From an uncultured Pseudomonadota bacterium (GTDB lineage: Bacteria; Pseudomonadota; Alphaproteobacteria; RUG11792), in assembly GCA_902795615.1 (NCBI GenBank), contig CADBLQ010000013.1:279-64278 (forward strand): a stretch of 64,000 nucleotides of DNA, in the 5' to 3' direction. This document shows positions 55,985 to 64,000 of the stretch, piece after piece. How positions within the stretch are numbered: position 1 is the first letter of the stretch; each line of letters starts with the position of its first letter. The notes beneath the pieces are model-generated. The model saw only the letters and a list, made by a program, of their open reading frames with translations. It had not been told where the DNA came from and did no database searches. The position numbers were made by a program, and so were the translations under genes.

Positions 55985-58300
55985 TTATTTTAACAAAGCC
56001 TCTTTTAGAACTTCATCCACAGTTGATACGCACAAGATTTCTAAATCATTACGCAAAACACTAGGTAATTCAGCTAAATCTTTTTCATTTTCTTTAGGTA
56101 TCAAAACCTTTTTAATTTTACTTCTACGTGCTGCTAGTAATTTTTCTTTAAGACCGCCAATAGCTAATACTTTTCCAACTAACGTTATTTCGCCAGTCAT
56201 TGCAACATCTGCTTTAACCTTCTGTTTCGTCATTGCAGAAACTATTGCTGTACAAATAGTTACACCAGCAGATGGTCCATCTTTAGGTACTGCCCCTTCT
56301 GGTGCATGGATATGAATATCGCATTTTGAAAAATCATCTTCCTTAATACCCAATGTTTTATATTTTGATTTAACAAAGCTGTATGCAGCCTTCATACTTT
56401 CCTGCATGACTTCACCCAGTTTTCCTGTTGTAATTAATTGTCCAGAACCCGGGAGTTTTAATGCCTCGATAGTTAATACGTCACCACCCATTTCAGTCCA
56501 AGCAAGTCCCATTACTACTCCAACAGTGGGTTTCTTAAGAGCCATAGTTGTAGAATATTTTTCTGCACCCAAAAATTCCTGAAGCTTTTTTTTGCTTATA
56601 ATTACCGGAACTTTAGCCTTATGCAAGTCTAATTGCAACACACTCTTTCTAGAAATCTTTGCAATCTGACGTTCGAGATTTCGAACCCCGCTTTCCATAG
56701 TATATTTCTGAATTATTGTTTTAATTGCATCATCATCGATTTTTAGTTCATTGACTTTAATACCGTTTTCATTAAATTGTTTTGGCAATATAAAGCGTTT
56801 TGCTATTTCAAGTTTCTCCTCTTCTGTATATCCACTAAGTTGTATTATTTCCATTCTGTCCATTAACGGTAACGAAATTTCATAACTGTTTGCTGTCGCG
56901 ATAAACATGATCTCCGATAAGTCATATGGTACTTCCAAGTAATTATCTACAAACGAATTATTTTGCTCAGGGTCTAAAACTTCCAATAATGCAGATGTCG
57001 GATCGCCTCGACCGTCATATCCTAACTTATCAATTTCATCTAACATCATTACAGGATTAGTTACAGATACTTTTTTCATAGCCTGAATAATTTTGCCTGG
57101 CATTGCTCCCACATATGTTTTTCTATGCCCACGTATTTCTGCTTCATCACATACTCCGCCTAGTGCAATACGTACAAATGGGCGATTTATTGATGTCGCA
57201 ATAGCCTTTCCTAATGACGTTTTACCTACTCCTGGAGGGCCAACAAAACATAAAATCTGAGCTTTCATTTTATCTTTTTTTGAAAGACGTTTACTAACTG
57301 CTATATATTCTAAAATTCTGTCTTTAATCTTATCTAAGCCGTAATGACTACTATTCAAGCTATCCGATGCAAATTTTATTGATATTTCAGAATGAGCCGC
57401 ATCCCATGGTAAAGCGGTAAGACACTCGAGATAACTTTTGATTACAGATGCTTCCTGTGCCAATGGTGGTAAATTTTTTAATTTTTTTAATTCATGTAGT
57501 GCTTTATCTTTTATTTCGGAAGACATATTTAGTGAATTTATGTTCTGTTCGAGCTTATCAAATTCATTACTTGTATCTTCGTCGTTACCAAGTTCTTTAT
57601 TAATTGCTTTTAACTGTTCATTCAAATAATATTCTTTCTGTTGCTTTTCCACTTGTTTCTTAATACGGTCTTTTATTCTCTCTTCTAGTACAGCAAGTTC
57701 TGCTTGGTTTGTCATGATAAATAATACTTTTTCTATACGCTTTTTTAATTCTGTAATTTCAAGTAACTCCTGCTGTTCAGTAACTTTTAATGGTAAGTAT
57801 GACGATATGGCATCACACAGTTTTTCCGGGTCATCAATACCCGAAATAGTATGTAATGTATCTGGTGGAATATTGCTGTTCTGTGTACAAAATTGTTCAA
57901 ATGTAGACTTTAATGCTTTAATCATTCCTCCAGTATTTTTCAAACCTCTAAAATGGGTCTTTTTATCAATAACATTTGCAATTAAAATATTATCCTTTTC
58001 AATTAATTCTTTTAAAGTTGCACGTTTTATACCACCAATCAATGTTTTTATTGTTCCGTCACTTAGCTTCATTAGATGGTATATGTGTGCAATAGTTCCC
58101 ACTGAAAACAGATCTGCTTGCGTAATATCATCTACAGAGGCATCTTTTTGAGCAATTGCAAAAACTTCACAGCCAGTCTCAAACGCCTTGGTTGCTGCAT
58201 TTATGAATTTAGTACGTCCTATAAAAAACGGTTCAACAACATCTGGAAATATTACGGCATCCCGTAACGAAATTAAAGGATAGGACTTAACACGTGCCAT
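55985..58300 (-). CDS. lon: ATP-dependent Lon protease
   Basis: LON N-terminal domain, Walker A GPPGVGKTS, DEIDK, the catalytic Ser in PKDGPSAG, and the Lys region GGLKEKLLAA. Confidence 0.95.
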   Translation of the reverse strand: MARVKSYPLISLRDAVIFPDVVEPFFIGRTKFINAATKAFETGCEVFAIAQKDASVDDITQADLFSVGTIAHIYHLMKLSDGTIKTLIGGIKRATLKELIEKDNILIANVIDKKTHFRGLKNTGGMIKALKSTFEQFCTQNSNIPPDTLHTISGIDDPEKLCDAISSYLPLKVTEQQELLEITELKKRIEKVLFIMTNQAELAVLEERIKDRIKKQVEKQQKEYYLNEQLKAINKELGNDEDTSNEFDKLEQNINSLNMSSEIKDKALHELKKLKNLPPLAQEASVIKSYLECLTALPWDAAHSEISIKFASDSLNSSHYGLDKIKDRILEYIAVSKRLSKKDKMKAQILCFVGPPGVGKTSLGKAIATSINRPFVRIALGGVCDEAEIRGHRKTYVGAMPGKIIQAMKKVSVTNPVMMLDEIDKLGYDGRGDPTSALLEVLDPEQNNSFVDNYLEVPYDLSEIMFIATANSYEISLPLMDRMEIIQLSGYTEEEKLEIAKRFILPKQFNENGIKVNELKIDDDAIKTIIQKYTMESGVRNLERQIAKISRKSVLQLDLHKAKVPVIISKKKLQEFLGAEKYSTTMALKKPTVGVVMGLAWTEMGGDVLTIEALKLPGSGQLITTGKLGEVMQESMKAAYSFVKSKYKTLGIKEDDFSKCDIHIHAPEGAVPKDGPSAGVTICTAIVSAMTKQKVKADVAMTGEITLVGKVLAIGGLKEKLLAARRSKIKKVLIPKENEKDLAELPSVLRNDLEILCVSTVDEVLKEALLK

Positions 58301-58351
58301 GTTAATAATAGATTATTGACTTTATACCTGTTCAGTGTAGGATGAACCACG

Positions 58352-59197
58352 TTAATCTGCAACTTTTGCCCCCGTTTTAGCCATGCTAAATACTTGTAAT
58401 AAAATAATGCCGTTCCTTGCTGTATACGTTTTTAATAACTCGAGTTCATCAGAGGCAATAGGATTAATAATTACTAAACGCTTAGGCATCACCTTACGAG
58501 ATTGTAGTGAATGCAGTATAGCTGATATTTCCGTTAGCTTTCCTAATATTGGAATTTTCTCAGAATTAAACTGATCAGTGTATTCAATTTCACTATCATC
58601 AATATCTGAAATGATAAATCCTAATGGATTAAAGTTATTACTACATATTACGTTTTCTAATTCCGAGGGCATACTACTCGGATTGCCTACAATAATATCT
58701 GATGCTTGGGTTGTAATACGGTGTTTACTCAATAATCTTGGAATTAATAACAAAACTGTTAATACAAATATATTTATGAACATTATCGAAGATGATAAAC
58801 AACCTTCCCTGTCCATTAACACCATCATTGCATATGATAATAAGTTTGTAATAATAACTCCTTCTAACAATAGTTTTATTTGGGATGTAGAAAATTTTAC
58901 CCAGTTGCTTTCATCTATTTTTAATTTTAAAAATACTGCTCCTGCAACTAAACTGCAAACTACACTATTTAGAAATAGTGACACTAACGAATATTCAAAT
59001 ATTCCCACGCCCATTCTCATTGTGGTTGATAAAATAGTTGAAAAAAACACTAGTACGCAATCAATAACCACTCTATGATTTGTCTGCAAGTTATCAAACT
59101 TGTAGGTACTTAATTTTATAAATTTTTTTAGCCCCACAAGAAACCATAATGCTTTGTTTAAATAAGTAACTCTGCCTTCAGTACGATGATTTATCAT
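58352..59197 (-). CDS. membrane protein resembling only the N-terminal (4-TM plus linker) part of WbpM/CapD-type polysaccharide biosynthesis proteins
   Basis: Four hydrophobic helices, then IIVGNPSS...FNPLGFIISDIDD...IPILGKL...RLVIINPIAS. This recalls the CoA-binding-like linker of WbpM/PglF-type enzymes. No dehydratase domain follows. This is a weak call. Confidence 0.3.
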   Translation of the reverse strand: MINHRTEGRVTYLNKALWFLVGLKKFIKLSTYKFDNLQTNHRVVIDCVLVFFSTILSTTMRMGVGIFEYSLVSLFLNSVVCSLVAGAVFLKLKIDESNWVKFSTSQIKLLLEGVIITNLLSYAMMVLMDREGCLSSSIMFINIFVLTVLLLIPRLLSKHRITTQASDIIVGNPSSMPSELENVICSNNFNPLGFIISDIDDSEIEYTDQFNSEKIPILGKLTEISAILHSLQSRKVMPKRLVIINPIASDELELLKTYTARNGIILLQVFSMAKTGAKVAD

Positions 59198-59294
59198 GCA
59201 AAGTATTTATCTTACTTCCCCACGTGCTAATGGTAGCAGAGTTATATACCAAGTCGTCTAGCATATAACACGGTTGTGCAAACGCACTCGAATT

Positions 59295-61178
59295 TTATGT
59301 ATCTAAAAAACTACGTAATTTTTTTGAACGACTAGGATGTTTTAATTTACGTAAGGCCTTAGCTTCTATTTGTCTTATACGCTCTCTAGTAACTGAAAAC
59401 TGCTGACCAACTTCCTCAAGTGTATGATCAGATTGAATGCCAATACCAAATCTCAATCTCAATACTTTTTCTTCACGTGGTGTAAGTGTTGCTAAAACTT
59501 TATCTGCGGCACTTTTTAAGTTATTTTGTATAGCTGTATCAACTGGTATTGGTGTATGCTTATCTTCAATAAAATCTCCTAAATGACTTTCTTCTTCATC
59601 ACCAATTGGCGTTTCAAGACTGATTGGGTCTTTTGCTACTTTCATAACTTTACGAACTTTTTCAACAGGCATTGCGAGTTTAACTGCTAATTCTTCATGT
59701 GTAGGTTCACGACCTAATTCACTCATTAGCTGTTTTGACATACGAACTAACTTATTTATTGTCTCAATCATGTGTACTGGAATACGTATAGTACGAGCTT
59801 GATCTGCAATAGCTCTCGTTATTGCTTGTCTTATCCACCATGTAGCATATGTAGAAAATTTATACCCTCTACGATACTCAAATTTATCAACCGCCTTCAT
59901 TAACCCAATGTTACCTTCTTGAATTAAATCAAGAAACTGCAGTCCGCGATTAGTGTATCGTTTTGCAATAGATATAACTAGCCGTAAGTTAGCTTCAATC
60001 ATTTCTTTTTTGGCTTTTAACTCTTCTCTTTCTGCCTTTTTGATCATTAAGTATATCTGGTTAAATAGAATATATGGTATGCCTGTATCCTCTTCAATAT
60101 AAGAAGCTCTAAGTACTAATTCCTGAAATAAATCACGGTGTTCGTGTACTAATCCAGCCCAATCTCCGGGCTTATCATATGTCTCCATTGATTTAAGCCA
60201 TTGATTATCAAATCTCTGATTTACAAATGCTCCCAATAAATCAGCTTTTGAAATACCATAATTGCCATAATCGTCGTTAATTTCTACTATCTTATGTTGA
60301 ACCTCTGTCATATCGGAAATACGATTAAAAATACTTTCTTTTATAAGGCGTGTTCTTTTTTCACTTAAGTTCATTTCAAAAAAGTTGTCAACTAGTTTAT
60401 CCAAAATTTTTTTGTATTCTTTATTAGAAGAGAACTTCTCGTATTCATATCCCATAGCTTTTTGTTTTGTATATAATTTATTGAATAATTTGATATGTGT
60501 AGCAAATTGTCCTAACAAGTGATTTTTAACTTCGTTGTCGGTGCTAGAGCAGTCATTTTCGTTTTCTTGAAATTCGTTATTGTCAGTGTTTTCACTTGAA
60601 TACATATCATCATCAGTAGTTATATTAATAATATCTCGTAATAGTATAGTATCTTTTTTTACCTTATCATTAAGTAATACAATTGCATCGGCTACGGATT
60701 TCATTTCACACAATGCTCGTACCAACATGATTTTTGCTTCTTCTATACGTTTGGCAATTGCCACTTCTCCTTCTCGAGTAAGAAGATTTACATGTCCCAT
60801 TTCTTTTAAATAAAGTTTTACAGGATCATCACCACGCTGATTATAATCATCATCAAGTGTCGGAATAGCATCATCACCTTCGTTATTCTTGTCCCGTTCT
60901 GCAACAAATGCTTCAGCCTCTTCAGTTGTTAAAATCTTTACACCTAATTCGCTAAGATATTGTATTACCGCACCAAATTGTTCTGGATCATATTGATCTG
61001 CTGATATAGTTTCATTTAGCTCATCATTTGTTATGTACCCACGGGTTCTATACAGCTTTATTAACTGTAGAACATTAGGGTCATCTTCAACGCTTTCCTT
61101 AGCTGAATTACTTAATATGTCAGTATCTTTTTCAACTATATCGAAATCATCAGCGTTAATACTGAAATTACTTGCCAT
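59295..61178 (-). CDS. rpoD: RNA polymerase sigma factor RpoD (sigma-70)
   Basis: Regions 1.1-4.2 are recognisable: [74 protein letters not shown], and [30 protein letters not shown]. Confidence 0.95.
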   Translation of the reverse strand: MASNFSINADDFDIVEKDTDILSNSAKESVEDDPNVLQLIKLYRTRGYITNDELNETISADQYDPEQFGAVIQYLSELGVKILTTEEAEAFVAERDKNNEGDDAIPTLDDDYNQRGDDPVKLYLKEMGHVNLLTREGEVAIAKRIEEAKIMLVRALCEMKSVADAIVLLNDKVKKDTILLRDIINITTDDDMYSSENTDNNEFQENENDCSSTDNEVKNHLLGQFATHIKLFNKLYTKQKAMGYEYEKFSSNKEYKKILDKLVDNFFEMNLSEKRTRLIKESIFNRISDMTEVQHKIVEINDDYGNYGISKADLLGAFVNQRFDNQWLKSMETYDKPGDWAGLVHEHRDLFQELVLRASYIEEDTGIPYILFNQIYLMIKKAEREELKAKKEMIEANLRLVISIAKRYTNRGLQFLDLIQEGNIGLMKAVDKFEYRRGYKFSTYATWWIRQAITRAIADQARTIRIPVHMIETINKLVRMSKQLMSELGREPTHEELAVKLAMPVEKVRKVMKVAKDPISLETPIGDEEESHLGDFIEDKHTPIPVDTAIQNNLKSAADKVLATLTPREEKVLRLRFGIGIQSDHTLEEVGQQFSVTRERIRQIEAKALRKLKHPSRSKKLRSFLDT

Positions 61179-62892
61179 AATCGTTCCTCTTATTCAAAGA
61201 ATATATTTTTAAAGCCTTTAATCGTTCCCATGCCGTCTTACTGCCTAGTTCTGAAAATTCATTTTTTGCATTTACCAAATCCTCCTGTTCAAGTGGTGCA
61301 GACACAACTTTATCAAATATATACAACCAATCTGATAGTAACTCCTCGTCTGACTGATTGTTTATTCGATAAACTTTCTGTCCCTCTTTAACAATTTCGT
61401 TGATAAAATGCTCATCCGCTAAAGCTTTTTCCATTGCTACAGTTATGTCATTACTTGACATAATGGAATTCCAAAAATTCTTAAGTTTTCTATCGGAAAA
61501 AGAAATGCATGATAGCTTTTCACTCACGGATGGGATGATATTAGGTCTCAATACAAGTATATATGATAGCACATACTCTCTAATTACCATTTGCTCACTT
61601 GAAGACAGTGCAGTATCAAATTTTATATTAAATTGGTTGGAATTCTTGTTACGTCGTAAATTATATATATTATTACTAAATTTTTTTTTATATAACCTTT
61701 TAATTGTAATGTCTTTTATACTATCACAATCTTTAAATATTTTTTGTTCCCATAAAGCTATTTTTTCAGGAGTTTGTTCAATATTCCGTAATTCCTTAAG
61801 GTATTCCTGCCACAGGAAATTATTTAGAGCTATTGCTCGTAATGTTTTTATTGAACCGTATTTATGAAGATACGTATCTGGGTCTAAGTCATCTGATAAA
61901 CTGATAAACTTCAAACTCTTGCCTGGTGTTAATACTTCTAGTGCTAAGTGAGCTATTCTGTTCATTGCTTTTTGACCGGCATTATCTCCATCCATGCAAA
62001 TTATTGGTTCATCTGAATATTTCCACAATGTCCTTAAATGCTCAATAGAAAGTGCTGTTCCCATAGTGCCAACAGTTGTAGAATATCCATATTTATGCAT
62101 TGTTATGACATCGATATATCCTTCAACTACTATAAATGGATTTTTAACTGATACGTGTTCTTTAGCTATATTAAATGCATATAACACTTCGTGCTTATGA
62201 AACAACGGTGTATCTGTTGAGTTGAGATATTTAGGAATACTATCATCAATTGCCCGTCCTCCAAAGGCTATAACGCGATTGCGACTGTCACATATAGAAA
62301 ACATTAAGCGATTTTTAAAACGTGGATAAAACTTATTATTGTATTTTTCTGTAAATAATCCAGAGTTTATCATGTCATTTTCACTACATCCTTGCCTAAG
62401 TAAATGTTTGTATAACTCATTATTGTTTGGTGCATATCCTAAATGAAACGTTTCATATATGTTTTCATTATTAAGTTCACGCTTTTTGAGATATCCAGCT
62501 ATTTCCGATTTATTACTTTCGAAAAATTGCTTTGCCAATTCCAACGTTTTATATAACTCATCATGCTTTTTAATTGGCAACTTCTGTAGTTCAATGCCAG
62601 CAAAGTCAGCTAACTTTTTTAATGCCTGTGGAAACGTAATGCCGTCTCGTTTCATTACATAAGTAAAAATATTTCCAGAAATTCCACATCCAAAACAGTG
62701 AAACATTCCTTTTTCATCACTAATGTAAAATGACCCCGTTTTTTCTACATGAAATGGACAACACCCTACATATTCTCTGCCTTTCAGCTTTAATGTAACA
62801 TCGCGTCCTATGAAATCAGATAATAATATTTTGTCTGTAATCTGTAAGATGTTGTCTGAAAGGTTTGCCACGGTACACACAAAATTCCTCAT
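61168..62892 (-). CDS. dnaG: DNA primase
   Basis: Zinc finger [30 protein letters not shown] polymerase core, and TOPRIM ([19 protein letters not shown]). The 3' end overlaps the rpoD start by 11 nt. Confidence 0.95.
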   Translation of the reverse strand: MRNFVCTVANLSDNILQITDKILLSDFIGRDVTLKLKGREYVGCCPFHVEKTGSFYISDEKGMFHCFGCGISGNIFTYVMKRDGITFPQALKKLADFAGIELQKLPIKKHDELYKTLELAKQFFESNKSEIAGYLKKRELNNENIYETFHLGYAPNNNELYKHLLRQGCSENDMINSGLFTEKYNNKFYPRFKNRLMFSICDSRNRVIAFGGRAIDDSIPKYLNSTDTPLFHKHEVLYAFNIAKEHVSVKNPFIVVEGYIDVITMHKYGYSTTVGTMGTALSIEHLRTLWKYSDEPIICMDGDNAGQKAMNRIAHLALEVLTPGKSLKFISLSDDLDPDTYLHKYGSIKTLRAIALNNFLWQEYLKELRNIEQTPEKIALWEQKIFKDCDSIKDITIKRLYKKKFSNNIYNLRRNKNSNQFNIKFDTALSSSEQMVIREYVLSYILVLRPNIIPSVSEKLSCISFSDRKLKNFWNSIMSSNDITVAMEKALADEHFINEIVKEGQKVYRINNQSDEELLSDWLYIFDKVVSAPLEQEDLVNAKNEFSELGSKTAWERLKALKIYSLNKRNDYGK

Positions 62893-62939
62893 TTTTCACT
62901 AATAATTGTACCAATCGAATACTGTACGGTAAAGTTGCA

Positions 62940-64000
62940 GTCATTTATTTTTGGTATCTTCAACGTTAATTACATGAACAATATCTCTCATTACAGCTTT
63001 CTAAAATAGTTTTACCTCATAGCTACTTAGCATATTTTCCATTTCACTCTTAAGGATCGGAAGAGAATTCATATCCTCATGTTTAAATTCGTGACTGTGT
63101 TTTTTCCAAATTTTATCGACAGAGACAAATACCTTCGCTAAGCCCCCAGCCTCAAGCGTTAAAATATCTAACGTTAATTTGTCAAATTTTTACATTATTA
63201 CCGTTATAAAAACAGTCCTTGAAACAGTGCATATCGAACATTTTGAAAATAATTTGTCTCAATGTCATTTGAACAGACAATTTATCAAATATTCTTAGAT
63301 ATAGAGTTAGCCAGTCTTTAAATTTTTTGCAACAGTTTTGTATTAGATATTTAAAATATTGTTCCGCATTGAGAGTTCGGCGTTTTCTTTTAATATGAAA
63401 TTCATAGTACGACAAATCCTTCAACGTAAATTATTATTAAGAACTACGGCATTATTTCGTGGGCGAAAAATCACGTGTGAAACTGGATTGACGGCTTGTT
63501 TAAGATATTAATTAAGTGCCAAGTAATTTTTTTGTCTATATTTGGCATGCATATTTATACCGATTGGAAAGCCAGGTTTTGTAATTTCACAACCAGGATA
63601 AAGATATTTATTAGCTTGAGCCGTATTTATTGCTAATAATGCTTGATACTCATTTTTTAAATGTTCAAAATTTTCATTTTGATCTTAGCCGAATTTATAT
63701 TGCGATAATGCACACAATAATTGTTTTGTTCGTCCACAAAAAGCATTAATAATCAACGACGGAGGCAATTAATAAACTTTAAGCAAATCTGAATATAGAT
63801 AACAAACACATCTAACGCTTTCCTATCGCTTTCTGCTTCATTAAAATCATTATTTTGTACGTTTTTCGAACCCATTTTTTTATATAGGTATGACTTATAG
63901 TAAAAAAATTAAATAATCCCTTGCCATCATTAATAACATCGTCCATATAATATGGATTTAATTGCGTTAAAACTTCATGCAGTCGTTCATTTAAATATTT
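62940..64000 (-). pseudogene. heavily decayed gene of unknown function; the ORF fragments continue past the window end
   Basis: Hand translation of the minus strand gives consecutive fragments in shifting frames, separated by stops. In order they are: KYLNERLHEVLTQLNPYYMDDVINDGKGLF..., NDFNEAESDRKALDVF..., LFVDEQNNYCVHYRNIN..., KNEYQALLAINTAQANKYLYPGCEITKPGFPIG..., the 80-aa ORF 63182..63424, and then LTLDILTLEAGGLAKVFVSVDKIWKKHSHEF.... At least 5 disruptions are visible. Confidence 0.45.

Overview
This is a visibly AT-rich bacterial chromosome segment, roughly one-third G+C by eye (not computed). Several protein signatures point to an alphaproteobacterium with a reduced, probably obligate-intracellular lifestyle (Rickettsiales/Holosporales-like): the rpsD N-terminus [12 protein letters not shown], a split pntA/pntB transhydrogenase, a GTA-type large terminase, the yfgM-bamB-der and dnaG-rpoD gene orders, and a Pal lipoprotein. 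I cannot name the species.

Most of the window is tightly packed housekeeping, often with overlapping start and stop codons. It includes alaS, metG, tgt, rluD, rpsD, rplY, pth, dnaJ, pal, psd, pntAB, bamB, der, lepB, rnc, lolC/E, tatD, lon, rpoD and dnaG.

Lineage-specific content is interspersed among these genes:
- a three-gene operon (10.8-12.9 kb) whose products look like a very divergent PilM/GspL - PilN/O - PilP inner-membrane pilus or secretion subcomplex, plus an orphan PilC/GspF platform gene at 42.8 kb;
- a Sec-signal protein with a eukaryote-like cysteine string;
- a 114-aa stand-alone NrdD-type glycyl-radical C-terminal module;
- two tandem paralogous secreted proteins (21.2-24.9 kb), each followed by an unusual GC-rich hairpin repeat;
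- a 1590-aa autotransporter with Pmp-like GG-x-L/I motifs;
- two tandem double-length M16 peptidase paralogs, one of which carries HxxEC instead of HxxEH, with a local gene-conversion tract;
- an orphan GTA-like terminase;
- an orphan NuoK/MnhC-like mini-protein;
- at least two decayed pseudogenes.

I could not recognise any rRNA, tRNA, CRISPR array, transposase or IS element by eye. All functional calls come from motif recognition in the supplied translations. No database search was run.
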